DNA of 51,639 nucleotides from a virus (Duplodnaviria; Caudoviricetes), in IMG/VR virus record IMGVR_UViG_3300020120_000103, positions 1-51,639 of that record; one strand, given 5' to 3'. A model generated the notes under the pieces. The model made no database searches and was not told the origin of the DNA. It was given only the letters and a program-made list of their open reading frames with translations. The translations under genes were made by a program, and so were the position numbers. Of the stretch, positions 18,701-27,778 are shown in pieces. Within the stretch, counting starts at the first letter, position 1, and each line of letters begins with the position of its first letter.

Positions 18701-19796
18701 CTTCCTGAATGGGGTGCAGGTCATCGCTCCCACGGCCATCGCCACGCAGTTCGACAACGGTGTGACGCTGTTCAGCTTCGGCGCAGGAGGCGACTTCGCC
18801 AACGCATCGGTGGCCAGGTGCATCGGGTTCAGCAGCGCGCTCAGCGCGACCGACCGCTCGAACATGAGCGCGTATATCAATCTGATCTACGGCCTGAGTG
18901 ACGTCGTGGCCACCTCGACGACCACGAACTACCGTGGCGAGTTCGGTGATGGATCGGACGGCACGGTCACCTTCGACGGGTCGACTTCGGTCGTGGGCTT
19001 CACCGGCCCGACGTCGAACGTGTACACGCAGACGCGCGAGGTCTACTTCGAGAACGCCACCGTCAACAACGGTGTCACGATCGTGCAGCCCATCGCGATG
19101 GGCGCCATTCACGTGCGCGGGACCCTCACGTGGAACGGCACGATCCAGGCTAACGGGGCCAACGCTTCGGGCGCTCTACCAGGCGCCACCCCTGGTTTCC
19201 CTGGAGGGGCAGGAGGTGGCGGTTCGAGTGGTGCAGGCAACGGCACCGCAGGAGCAGCCAATGCGTCTGCCTTCGCCACGGGCGGGGCAGGCGGAGCAGG
19301 AGGCAACACCGGCATCGGCAGCAGCGGGGGCGGAGCGGGCACCGATGGTGGAGCAGTGCTGGGGGGCCAGCATGACCCCGCCACCTGGATCAGGGGCTTC
19401 GTCATCAACAGCTTCCCCAACCTGCGCGTGCTCTTCGGAGGCCTCGGTGGTGGCGGTGGCGGTGTCGCGGTGCTCTCCGGCGGGACCTGGACCGGAGGCG
19501 GAGGTGGCCAGGGTGGCGGGCTGTCGATCGTGGCCGCGCGCATCCTCACGGGCAACGGAGCACAGACTGCAAACGGAGGCAACGGCGCCAACGGCACGGA
19601 CGTGGGTGGAGGATCAGGGTCCGCGGGCGGCGGCGGCGGTGGTGGTGGCGGGTCGTGCGTCATCGTCTACGCCGACAAGAGCGGGTGGACTGGCACGCAG
19701 ACATCGGCAGCAGGCACGGCGGGCACCGGGGTCGGCGGCGCTGCTGCAGCAGGCAACGGATCTACGGGCAAGACCTTCCTCATCGGACCGGCATAA
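15792..19796 (+). CDS. large modular fibre/spike (collagen, pectate-lyase-like beta-helix, carbohydrate-binding/LamG-like, Gly-rich C-terminus)
   Basis: GPQGPQG repeats, DVRDFGAYADGVHDDTAA, APTSGTFKVGDVIWN, FGDGSDG, poly-Gly. Confidence 0.85.
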   Translation: MALGSARKTLMFTGPQGPQGVQGARGDVGPAGSAGPAGPPGPEGPGGQSSTAVSNGLNSNIATGGVGSLRLTGPSAAFSIGGFTAPAAAGTKLTVINTTAQPMTVVHEDTSSTAANRIDTQSGAPITLPPRRGRLQFTYDGTASRWVLSEAGQNYNRWIDVRDFGAYADGVHDDTAACQAALTYARSLSPRFASVLPLSGKFPSSNGFNAPTVHFGDGLYKLTAPDGQACLEVSEGVHVIGDGQGTMLMPTTPGAHIFRHANLYQRFEGLNFLSGNCHIVCGGPSRYYGGQLGSMLYNGTIQVHNCWSQGASGAFYWTDVAAAGRDPSSQLIVSNCFLMNAVQYIGNHDDATFTHTWVWWINIPIGVGNDFCPPVNDDSGHAMSCFNTWNVLTLDHCVGVPIVDDTRSPKSTWIQGSGIVRCFHTRFGGESQAPLARQKLHVTYSGLDWSVMAAGIRGDWLFDSCAIASCTGHNWFEVYDSFPTSIDFRPATTASLTGFSPPQAPALLMQSKGIWIDATSCPQSTYEKVARESITLNLESFSAGPDFRFRTSTDPSLALGASGVTDVTAIMRKYMTGTMGDRGKDTALGVSVNHWPAGKFQLSLADTVSGSIASGGTDTATGYSVQGFHATTGPVNLLTGFNNALSGSLPAGEYTLSFMVKAAYSGQVEVLLTDATGGTNAIPLDSMDFSKGGWQRLQTTFYWDGTTYSGGSGAGITLNFTAMPTSSDLYVAFFAVHAGRKAAPWNYPGNSNTDTFVPDRYYSSGAPTSGTFKVGDVIWNTSTLAGQPIGWVCVRAGSFGGSLGTAPLFAGFGTINFDPSLISSYNFDYDANVLTPGAITTWPSKYGGTDTAARFALSGTATAHAAGGSGPNGVAYASGNGSSDTMHEANQSSQHVAKELYIIAKFNTTGGGSGTLFDGGSGNDGRIYRPGVNQVELLLQAPAGPGTTVSGATEQWGVWHVIADGTNQSFFLNGVQVIAPTAIATQFDNGVTLFSFGAGGDFANASVARCIGFSSALSATDRSNMSAYINLIYGLSDVVATSTTTNYRGEFGDGSDGTVTFDGSTSVVGFTGPTSNVYTQTREVYFENATVNNGVTIVQPIAMGAIHVRGTLTWNGTIQANGANASGALPGATPGFPGGAGGGGSSGAGNGTAGAANASAFATGGAGGAGGNTGIGSSGGGAGTDGGAVLGGQHDPATWIRGFVINSFPNLRVLFGGLGGGGGGVAVLSGGTWTGGGGGQGGGLSIVAARILTGNGAQTANGGNGANGTDVGGGSGSAGGGGGGGGGSCVIVYADKSGWTGTQTSAAGTAGTGVGGAAAAGNGSTGKTFLIGPA

Positions 19797-19812
19797 CCGG
19801 CTAGGCTGAAGC

Positions 19813-20244
19813 ATGGAACTCCGACAGACCATCACCAAGACCATCGACGGCTTCACGTACGAGATCACGCAGCTCGGCGCCCTCAAGGGCAGCCAGGTGT
19901 TCGTGCGCGTCCTGAAGATGATCGGCCCGGCCTTCGCCACGAAGAAGGACGTCGACTTCGGCAAGCTGCTCAGCGGCGTCAACGAGGAAGACCTGCTCTA
20001 CCTCATCAACAGCTTCACCCCGATGACCAACGTGCCGGGCGTGGGACCGCTGGAGCGCAACTTCGACATCCACTTCGTCGGCCGCTACATGGCCATGATG
20101 AAGTGGCTGTTCGCCTGCCTGGAAGCGAACTACGGTGACTTCCTAAAAGATGGGAGCCTCGCCGCCGCAGCTCAGTCGGTGGGGCAGAGCGCGTCCGCAT
20201 CGAACTCCCAGACGGGTGCGACTGGACCGTCTACCGCATCCTGA
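19813..20244 (+). CDS. tail assembly chaperone
   Basis: immediately upstream of TMP; TIDG..Y.ITQL, NYGDFL. Confidence 0.75.
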   Translation: MELRQTITKTIDGFTYEITQLGALKGSQVFVRVLKMIGPAFATKKDVDFGKLLSGVNEEDLLYLINSFTPMTNVPGVGPLERNFDIHFVGRYMAMMKWLFACLEANYGDFLKDGSLAAAAQSVGQSASASNSQTGATGPSTAS

Positions 20245-20369
20245 CCAGCGAGCGCATCAAGGTCACGGCCGCGGAGATGGCCGACCGATGGAACTTCAAC
20301 GACCTCATGATGATGAACGACGTCCTGGACGCGCTGGACGAGGCGGAGGCCCGAGCGGCGAAGAGGTGA
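20148..20369 (+). CDS. tail assembly chaperone -1 frame extension (gpT-like)
   Basis: -1 frame open from ~20139 to TGA 20367: DWTVYRIL..EMADRWNFNDLMMMNDVLDALD. Confidence 0.65.
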   Translation, partial: RWEPRRRSSVGGAERVRIELPDGCDWTVYRILTSERIKVTAAEMADRWNFNDLMMMNDVLDALDEAEARAAKR

Positions 20370-20372
20370 CCT

Positions 20373-21989
20373 GTGGCTGAAGGCGGTGGCGCGCTCCGAG
20401 AACTGCTTGCGCACTTCGAGGTCGAGGTCGAGGATGAGAAGCTCGACAAGTTCGAAGAGCATATGGAGCACTTCAAGCACACCCTGGAGAAGGTGGGCGA
20501 GGTGCTCGTGGAGGTGTTCGCGATTCGCGAACTGAAGGAGTTCGTGGCCGGGTCCATCGAGATGGGCGCCACGCTCGTGGACACCAGCAATCGCCTAGGC
20601 ATCACGACCGACGAGCTGCAGAAGTTCCAGTTCGCCGCGTCGCTCAGCGGGGTCAGCTCAGAGGCGGCGGCGCACTCCCTGGGGCTCTTCCAGCGCAAGC
20701 TCGGTGAGGCTTCTGAGGGGGGCGGCGACATGGCGGCCACCATGAAGAAGATCGGGGTGTCGCTCAAGGAGACGAACGGCACCGCGCGCCCGACCCTCGA
20801 CATCCTGGAGGACGTGGCCGATCACATGAAGGCGGAGGAGGACCCCGCCAAGCGCAGTGCCCTGGCCATGAAGCTCTTCGGCCGCGCAGGTCTGAGCATG
20901 ATCCCGATGCTGCGCGAGGGAGGCGAGGGCGTGCGGGAGCTGTACGAGGAGTTCGACCAGCTCGGCGGAGGCATGGGTGAGGACTTCGTCAAGCAAGCGA
21001 AGAAGGTCGACGACGAGCTGAAGAAACTCAAGGTCGGATGGCTCAGCCTCAAGACGAAGATCGTCGCCGAGGTGCTGCCTGTGCTGCAGGACATCGTCGA
21101 CGCCCTGAAGACGGGCATGAAGTGGATCATGAAGGTGACGTCGAACACGCACCTCTTCCGCCACGCGCTGGAGCTGCTGACCGCGGGCGGGATCATCGGC
21201 GGCATCTGGCGCATCGTCGCAGGCATGGCCGCGATGGGCGTCGAGGGCATGCTGATGGCGCTGCCGTGGATCCTGCTGGCGGGCGCCATCGTAGCGGCGG
21301 TGCTCCTCTTCGACGACTTCATGACCATGATGGAGGGCGGTGACTCCGTCATCGGCGATGCCCTCGGCCCGGACAAGACTGCGTTCATTCTGCAGATGCG
21401 CGACGCGATGGTCACGCTCAAGCAGGCGTGGGACGAGTTCTGGAACGTGGCAGTCATGGTGGCCGGCGCACTATGGTCCGTCGACAAGGCCCTGGAGCCG
21501 CTCGGCACCGTCACGAGCGTGAAGGACCTGGCCCGCGACTTCGAAGAGCTGGTGCGCATGATCGCGTCGGCCGCGGAGAACATCGCCAGCCTCGTGAAGG
21601 CGGCGGTAGCCCTGAAGAACGGGAAGTTCTCTGACGCGCTCGCAGCAGTGGCCAACACATCGGTGGGTCGTCTGGTCACGCAGGGGCCGAGCGCTCCGAC
21701 GCAGTACGCGGTGCAGGCAGGCTTCAACCAGGCCGCAGGTCTGCCCGCGCCCGCGCTGCCGGAGCGACCGAAGCCCGCGACCACCGCCGACGTCATGAGC
21801 ACGATCGGACCCAACGGTCTGCCCCTCTACGCCAACATGGACGTGAAGCAGAGCAACACCATCAACGTGACGGTGAACCACACGGGCGACGAGTCCTCTG
21901 ACGAGCTGGGCAAGCGCGTGGGTGGCGCGGCGCAGAAGGAGCTGGACGCGAAGATGCTCAACGCCCTGAACGCGGTGAAGACGAAATGA
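20373..21989 (+). CDS. tape measure protein
   Basis: LRELLAHF N-terminus, helical, AMKLFGRAG, hydrophobic central segment. Confidence 0.85.
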   Translation: MAEGGGALRELLAHFEVEVEDEKLDKFEEHMEHFKHTLEKVGEVLVEVFAIRELKEFVAGSIEMGATLVDTSNRLGITTDELQKFQFAASLSGVSSEAAAHSLGLFQRKLGEASEGGGDMAATMKKIGVSLKETNGTARPTLDILEDVADHMKAEEDPAKRSALAMKLFGRAGLSMIPMLREGGEGVRELYEEFDQLGGGMGEDFVKQAKKVDDELKKLKVGWLSLKTKIVAEVLPVLQDIVDALKTGMKWIMKVTSNTHLFRHALELLTAGGIIGGIWRIVAGMAAMGVEGMLMALPWILLAGAIVAAVLLFDDFMTMMEGGDSVIGDALGPDKTAFILQMRDAMVTLKQAWDEFWNVAVMVAGALWSVDKALEPLGTVTSVKDLARDFEELVRMIASAAENIASLVKAAVALKNGKFSDALAAVANTSVGRLVTQGPSAPTQYAVQAGFNQAAGLPAPALPERPKPATTADVMSTIGPNGLPLYANMDVKQSNTINVTVNHTGDESSDELGKRVGGAAQKELDAKMLNALNAVKTK

Positions 21990-22573
21990 GCCTCGCAGGT
22001 AAGTTCCCCGGCCTCATCTGGCAGTACTGGTACCAGTACCAGCCGCGCTGGCCGTGGGGTCAGGACGGGATGCTCAAGGTCATCAGCGCGGTGGCCACGG
22101 AGGACATCCCGCCCGGGGTCATGGTGCAGGCCACCGGCGGGACGGAGGATGCTGTTCTCGTGCGCATCGCGCGGGATGCGACCCGCCTCGTGGGCATCGG
22201 CGCCTACGACCCGGATCGATACGACCACCAGGTGGTCTACCAGCAGGGCGACGTCTTCCCGGTGGTTCGTCGTGGAGGCATCTTCGTGGCGTTTGCTGCC
22301 CTCGTGCCGCCCTTTGCCGACCCCGCCCCGATGGCAGGGGCCAGGTTCTACCCGGGCGCTCCTGGAGCCCCACAGGCGGGCTGGTTCACGACCGACCTTG
22401 CAGGCACGGTTGCTCACAAGTGCCTCTTCATCCCGGGCAGCAAGGACTACTACCAGACCACCTCGGGCAGCCCGCAGGCGGACGTGCCCCTGGACGTGCC
22501 CCCGATCCCGCTCGGCGAGATGAGCACCACCTTCGGCGACGGCGTGGCCCTGGTCGAAGTGGCGCTACCCTGA
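21986..22573 (+). CDS. second head-decoration-like protein (paralog of 13770-14390)
   Basis: YQQGDVFPVVRRGGIFV vs YQVGEMVPVLRKGHIYA and other aligned blocks. Confidence 0.6.
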   Translation: MSLAGKFPGLIWQYWYQYQPRWPWGQDGMLKVISAVATEDIPPGVMVQATGGTEDAVLVRIARDATRLVGIGAYDPDRYDHQVVYQQGDVFPVVRRGGIFVAFAALVPPFADPAPMAGARFYPGAPGAPQAGWFTTDLAGTVAHKCLFIPGSKDYYQTTSGSPQADVPLDVPPIPLGEMSTTFGDGVALVEVALP

Positions 22574-22576
22574 ATC

Positions 22577-23425
22577 ATGGGTGCGTTCCTCCTCTGGACT
22601 GAGACGGGCGCTGCCACGTCGTCGATCCTGTCCTTCGACATCGTCGAGACGGAGAACCCGCAGTTCCCCACGACCATCACCGAGCACGTGGTCGAGGAGG
22701 GTGCGGACGTCTCGGACAACGTGCGAGTGGGTCTGCGGCAGATCACACTGGAGGTCTTCGTCAGCAACGAGCCGATCTTCCAGGGCAACCAGTTCGGCAC
22801 CGGGCAGCTCAGCTCGATGCCCCTCGTCACACCTGATGCGGACGGCCAGCCCATCCCTCCGCCCGGCGGGACCGCGCTCACGTACCAGCAGTGGTTCCAG
22901 TTCCCTATCGGGCTGCCCGTCGTCGGGGCGCTGCTCAGTGGCATCGTGAACGCGGGCAACGGCATCACGCAGGTCGAGGTGGCGAACATCGGGCTGGACC
23001 CGACGCTCGGCAAGGACGTCAGCGCGAAGGTCATCCAGTTCCCCACGGCCTTCGACGCGGTGCAGAAGACGCACGACCAGCTCCTCAAGCTCCGCGACAA
23101 CAAGCAGGTGCTCAGCGTCTACGGGACCAAGGCCACGTACGACAGCATGGTCATCGAGCACTTCGACATGTCGCGCACGAGCGACGAGGGCACTGGCGCC
23201 AAGTTCACCATCGCGCTGAAGGAGATCCGCTTCGTCTCCACGAGCATCGTGGCCGCGCCCAAGCCTACTGCGGTTCGCGGCAACACGACCAAGAGCAAGG
23301 GCAGCCAGTCGACCACGCCCGCTGGTCAGGGGCCGGTCCAGAGCGCGCTCTACAAGGCCATGCAGCTGGCCTTCCCAGGAACCACCGTCCCGCCCGAGGT
23401 GCAGCCTTCTGCAACGACGCCATGA
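22577..23425 (+). CDS. baseplate/tube initiator (Dit-like)
   Basis: ITEHVVEEGADVSDNV, YDSMVI, LKEIRFV. Confidence 0.75.
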   Translation: MGAFLLWTETGAATSSILSFDIVETENPQFPTTITEHVVEEGADVSDNVRVGLRQITLEVFVSNEPIFQGNQFGTGQLSSMPLVTPDADGQPIPPPGGTALTYQQWFQFPIGLPVVGALLSGIVNAGNGITQVEVANIGLDPTLGKDVSAKVIQFPTAFDAVQKTHDQLLKLRDNKQVLSVYGTKATYDSMVIEHFDMSRTSDEGTGAKFTIALKEIRFVSTSIVAAPKPTAVRGNTTKSKGSQSTTPAGQGPVQSALYKAMQLAFPGTTVPPEVQPSATTP

Positions 23426-23754
23426 TCGTGACAGTGCCCACCGACGCAGATCCGTTCTACGACGAGGTCGTGAACCTCGAAGGGACGGACTACCTGATGA
23501 CCTTCACCTACTCCCAGCGAGAGGACTGCTACTACCTCTCGGTCGCGACCCCGGACGGCATCGCGCTGGCCACTGGCGTGAAGATCGTCGCCAACTGGCC
23601 ACTGCTCCACCGCTTCGCAGATGACCGCCTCCCGCCCGGTGAGCTGATGTGCATCGCGAACACACCCGTCACGGATCCGGCGCCCGGCCTCGGACAGATC
23701 GGCCCGGACTTGCCCTTCACGCTCATGTACCTGGAGAGCAACCAGCTCCCATGA
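23422..23754 (+). CDS. baseplate protein
   Basis: VNLEGTDY..Y..REDCYYL..G.KIV.NWPLL..PPGEL. Confidence 0.7.
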   Translation: MIVTVPTDADPFYDEVVNLEGTDYLMTFTYSQREDCYYLSVATPDGIALATGVKIVANWPLLHRFADDRLPPGELMCIANTPVTDPAPGLGQIGPDLPFTLMYLESNQLP

Positions 23755-23894
23755 CCAGGCCGCCCCCGAAGCCCAAGGACGAGAAGCCGGTGCTGATCTT
23801 CCGCATCTGCAAGGCGCAGTGCTTCGCCTGCGACCAGTGCGGCTACTTCTGGTCGGATGGCCAGCCCGCGGTGTTCGGCCATGCCGGGCATTGA
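23751..23894 (+). CDS. small Cys-rich hypothetical protein
   Basis: MTRPPPKPK..CKAQCFACDQCG; ATGA overlap. Confidence 0.45.
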   Translation: MTRPPPKPKDEKPVLIFRICKAQCFACDQCGYFWSDGQPAVFGHAGH

Positions 23895-24720
23895 CCTCTT
23901 CCCGCGAGCGTGGCGCGTCACGGTCGACACGCTGGAGCTGACGAAGATCGACGTCGAGTTCCAGGTCAAGAAGACCCTGAAGCAGGAGCCCAACACCTGC
24001 GACCTGAAGATCTACAACCTCACGCCGGACCACCGCAAGCAGATCGAGCAGAACCCCGCGATCATCAAGCTGCAGAAGGTCCCGGTCAAGATCGAGGCGG
24101 GCTACGGCACCAACCTCGCGCAGATCTTCCTGGGCGAGCTGCGCGCCGGGTGGACGACGACCGATGGCGCGGACGTGGTCACAGAGCTGAGCACCGGCGA
24201 CGGTGAGAAGGCCATGGCGGGCGCACGCCTGAACGTGTCCTTCGGCCCCGGGGCGCCGGTCGACGTGGTGCTGCGCGAGATCATCAAGACGCTCGGCGTG
24301 GGTCAGGGCAACGTGCAGAAGGCCGTGAGCCTCCTGCAGGCGAAGGGCCTCGTGCAGTTCAGCACGAAGAGCGTGGTGCTCAAGGGCAACGCGGCGGAGC
24401 ACCTCACGCAGTTCTGCAAGGGCGCGGGCCTGGAGTGGTCGCTGCAGGATGGCGCCGTGCAGATCCTGACGCTGGGCCAACCTCTCGCGGGGCGGAGCCT
24501 CCTGCTGAACGCCTCGACGGGCCTGATCGGCAGCCCGAGCGTGGACAGCAAGGGCGTGCTTACAGCGCAGACCCTCATGATCCCGGGCGTGAGGCCGGGG
24601 CAGCTCGTGACCATGGACGCGAAGCACGTGAAGGGCGGCTACCGCATCGACACCTGCGAGTACACGGGCGATACCCTCGGGAACGACTGGTACATCAAGA
24701 TGACGGCCAGCAAGTTCTAG
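23881..24720 (+). CDS. baseplate hub protein
   Basis: PNTCDLKIYNL, IEAGY, IFLG, WSLQDG, TGLIGSP, GDT.GNDW. Confidence 0.8.
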   Translation: MPGIDLFPRAWRVTVDTLELTKIDVEFQVKKTLKQEPNTCDLKIYNLTPDHRKQIEQNPAIIKLQKVPVKIEAGYGTNLAQIFLGELRAGWTTTDGADVVTELSTGDGEKAMAGARLNVSFGPGAPVDVVLREIIKTLGVGQGNVQKAVSLLQAKGLVQFSTKSVVLKGNAAEHLTQFCKGAGLEWSLQDGAVQILTLGQPLAGRSLLLNASTGLIGSPSVDSKGVLTAQTLMIPGVRPGQLVTMDAKHVKGGYRIDTCEYTGDTLGNDWYIKMTASKF

Positions 24721-24738
24721 GACCGCCTAGGCTAAAAC

Positions 24739-25515
24739 ATGCGCCGCATCACCGCCCTGTTTGCGCTCCTGGTCCTCGCCGCGTGCAGTGTGTGCTGCCG
24801 GCCATCTGCCGTGCCCACCGCCAACGCTGCCGAACGCGCGGAGGCCATGTCGGTGGCCCTCGCGTCGATTGATGAGGATGGTGAGGCGCGCGCGGACTGC
24901 GGAGGCGTGTGGATCGACCAGTACACGATCCTGACCGCGTTCCATTGCGTGGCCGACCTCGGGCGCCCGCCCGTGACCGACCTACTGGAGCAGCTCCTCC
25001 AGGGCCTCGGCGACAGCGTCCCGCCCGAGCTGCGGACCTGGACAGCGGTGTGGGATCCCACGGGACAGCCCGAGCCCTACTTCCTGAAGGGCGACAAGGT
25101 CACGAAGCGCGCGGTGGTCGCGTACTTCGATCGCAAGCTCGACCTCGCCCTGCTGGAGGACGTGAACCCGCCACCGCATGCGGTGGCCCATCTAGGCCGC
25201 ACGTGCCTGCGAGATGGCGAGGAGGTGGACGTCGTGGGCAGTCCCTCAGGCTTCGCGTTCAGCTACTCGCACGGGTACATCTCGTCGACCATCGACGGCG
25301 CCCCGGGCAAGCAGTTCAAGACCCTGGAGATCGCAGCGCCCATCTGGTTCGGCAACAGCGGGGGCGGGGCCTTCGATGCCAACGGAGACCTGGCGGGCAT
25401 CGCGGACTACATGGCCTCGTCGGGCCACGGGGTGGCGCCCATGGGCTTCTTCATCCACCGCGACGTCGTACGGGACTTCCTCCATGCCTACCACGAAGCT
25501 AACCACCTTCCCTGA
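24739..25515 (+). CDS. trypsin-like serine protease, predicted lipoprotein
   Basis: lipobox VLAAC; catalytic motifs LTAFHC, DLALL, GNSGGG. Confidence 0.85.
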   Translation: MRRITALFALLVLAACSVCCRPSAVPTANAAERAEAMSVALASIDEDGEARADCGGVWIDQYTILTAFHCVADLGRPPVTDLLEQLLQGLGDSVPPELRTWTAVWDPTGQPEPYFLKGDKVTKRAVVAYFDRKLDLALLEDVNPPPHAVAHLGRTCLRDGEEVDVVGSPSGFAFSYSHGYISSTIDGAPGKQFKTLEIAAPIWFGNSGGGAFDANGDLAGIADYMASSGHGVAPMGFFIHRDVVRDFLHAYHEANHLP

Positions 25516-26059
25516 GCTGCTCCGTGCAGCGATCGACAGCCACGCCGCGGACACGTACCACATCCTGCCCGGCATCGTGGTGGCGTACAACGCGTCGCAG
25601 AACACGGCCGACGTCCAGATCGCGATCGACGATCCACGCTTCGACCCGGACACCGACGAGCGGCAGGACGAGCCCTGGCCGGTCTACCCGAGCGTGCGTG
25701 TGGTGTGGCCGCGCTTCGGTGGGACGACCCTTGTCGGGACGCTGGGGCAGGGCGACAAGGTGCAGTGCTTCTTCCAGGATCTAGACGACAGCAAGTTCCG
25801 CAGCACGGGCCAGCAGGGCTCGCCGCAGAACAGCAGGCGCTTCGGGTCGGACGCGGTATTCGCCGTACCGTGGGACGTGACGGATGGCGGGGTAGCCGGG
25901 ACGCAGTTCGACACGCTGGCCCTGGCGAGCAAGGTCGAGAAGTTCTGCCAGGACATCATCACCTGGGTCAAGACGGGCACGGCGGGCGGCAACCCATTCA
26001 CCTTCCCAGGACCGGACCCCTCGGACACCACGGGCAGCACCATAGGCGTAGCGCACTAA
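25484..26059 (+). CDS. baseplate spike (Gp138-like N-terminus)
   Basis: LPGIVVAYN..TADVQ, VVWPR.GG, GDKV.CFF, SDAV. Confidence 0.75.
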   Translation: MPTTKLTTFPELLRAAIDSHAADTYHILPGIVVAYNASQNTADVQIAIDDPRFDPDTDERQDEPWPVYPSVRVVWPRFGGTTLVGTLGQGDKVQCFFQDLDDSKFRSTGQQGSPQNSRRFGSDAVFAVPWDVTDGGVAGTQFDTLALASKVEKFCQDIITWVKTGTAGGNPFTFPGPDPSDTTGSTIGVAH

Positions 26060-26079
26060 CACCTGGCCTACGCTTAAGC

Positions 26080-26469
26080 ATGTCGTGCTTCGCCCAGGAC
26101 GGGACCGGGGACCTGCTGCTGACGCGCGCGAACGCGGGTAAGACCCTCACGCTCGTCCGGGATCCCAATGCCTGCGCCGCGCAGAAGCTTACGAACCGCT
26201 TCCTGCTCATCCAGGGTGAGTGGTTCCTGGACACGCGCGTTGGTCTGCCGTTCTTCCAGTTCCTCACGGTCAAGAACCCGGACGTGCGCGCGCTCCAGCA
26301 GCTCTTCTCGAAGGTGGTGCTGAGCGTCCCGCCGATCGTGTCGATCGACTTCCTGACGGTCAACATCGACCCACAGCGCCACTGCGGCGTCGCCCTCAGC
26401 GCGAAGACCAACACCGGGGCCACCATCACGGGTGGCCAGGGCAACTCGTTCATCGTGACGCTGCCGTGA
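26080..26469 (+). CDS. baseplate wedge protein (gp46/W-like)
   Basis: GDL, QKL..R.LL.QGEWFLDTRVGLP. Confidence 0.75.
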   Translation: MSCFAQDGTGDLLLTRANAGKTLTLVRDPNACAAQKLTNRFLLIQGEWFLDTRVGLPFFQFLTVKNPDVRALQQLFSKVVLSVPPIVSIDFLTVNIDPQRHCGVALSAKTNTGATITGGQGNSFIVTLP

Positions 26470-26476
26470 GGACCAC

Positions 26477-27778
26477 ATGCTGACCGGAGTTACCCCCACA
26501 GGCTTCGTAGCCAAGACCGTCCAAGACCTGATCAAGGATACGGAGACCGACGAGCTGGCGCAGATCGATCCGCAGCTCGACACCAGTCCCGAAGAGCCGA
26601 TCGGCCAGCTCAACGCCATCTTCATGGCGAAGGTGGCGGAGCTGTGGGAACTGGGAGGGGTCGCCTACAACGGCATGAGCCGCGATGGCGCCGAGGGGCC
26701 CCAGCTCGACAACGTGAACGGCCTCACCGGCACGAAGCGCAAGAGCGCCTTCCCGAGCCACACCCTGCAGACGAACGTCTTCAGCCAGGTTGGCACCTAC
26801 CCGGCCGGGAGCCTCGTCGCGAACGTGAACGGGCAGGGCAACGTGCTCTTCGCCAATGGAGACACGCTCACCATCGTCCTGGTCGGCGGTCTGTACACCG
26901 CGACGGCCGCGAACGTAGTGCTGGCCACCAGCGCGTCGCTGCCCCTCACGGTCCCGGGCATGAAGTTCTTCTGCCTGCAGAACGGACCCACGATCGCGAA
27001 CGCCTCCACGCTCAACGTGATCAACGGCCCGGTCACGGGCTGGGTCAGCACCAACAACCCTCTCGACGCGGAGCTGGGCGGACTCATCGAGCAGGACACG
27101 CCCTACCGTCTGCGCGGCGATGCGGAGATCAGCGCGGCCGGAAGTGGTAACCCCGACGCGATCCAGGCGGACCTGCAGAACGTGCCCGGCGTGATCCAGG
27201 CCTTCGTCATCGAGAACACCTCGAACGTCTACGACGCGAACGGCAACCCGCCGCACAGCTACACGGCCGTGATCTGGGACGGTCTCATCCCGGCGGCCAA
27301 CGATAGCGAGATCGCGCAGACGCTCTGGGACGACAAGCCCACGGGCATCTTCCCCAACGGGAGCATCGTCGATGGCATCGCGGTGGACAGCAACAACCAG
27401 CAGCACATCATGCCCTTCCAGCGGGCGACGCAGCTCACGCTCTACCTTGACTACACGATCACGATGCTGCAGGGCCAGCCCTTCAACGCCACGGTGGCCC
27501 TCGCCATCAAGCAGGCGGTCGTGCAGACCTCGCAGCAGCCGCAGATCCAGATCGCGGCCGGCACCGCAGCGCCCAACCCTGCATACCTCGGGCTGCAGCA
27601 GAGCGTGATCGCGGAGGCCTTCAAGAGCGCGGTCCTGCAGGCAGGCCTCGGCGTGAAGGACGTCACGCTCCTGCACCTGGGCTTCAGCGCCAGCCCTGGA
27701 GGTACGACGAACCTCTCGGTCGGCAACCTCGCCATCGCCATCGCTGACACCTCGCGCATCACCGTGAACGGCATCTGA
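26477..27778 (+). CDS. baseplate J-like protein
   Basis: GVTPTGF, AEGPQLD, EQDTPYRLR, VPGV.QA.VIEN, PPHS. Confidence 0.88.
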   Translation: MLTGVTPTGFVAKTVQDLIKDTETDELAQIDPQLDTSPEEPIGQLNAIFMAKVAELWELGGVAYNGMSRDGAEGPQLDNVNGLTGTKRKSAFPSHTLQTNVFSQVGTYPAGSLVANVNGQGNVLFANGDTLTIVLVGGLYTATAANVVLATSASLPLTVPGMKFFCLQNGPTIANASTLNVINGPVTGWVSTNNPLDAELGGLIEQDTPYRLRGDAEISAAGSGNPDAIQADLQNVPGVIQAFVIENTSNVYDANGNPPHSYTAVIWDGLIPAANDSEIAQTLWDDKPTGIFPNGSIVDGIAVDSNNQQHIMPFQRATQLTLYLDYTITMLQGQPFNATVALAIKQAVVQTSQQPQIQIAAGTAAPNPAYLGLQQSVIAEAFKSAVLQAGLGVKDVTLLHLGFSASPGGTTNLSVGNLAIAIADTSRITVNGI

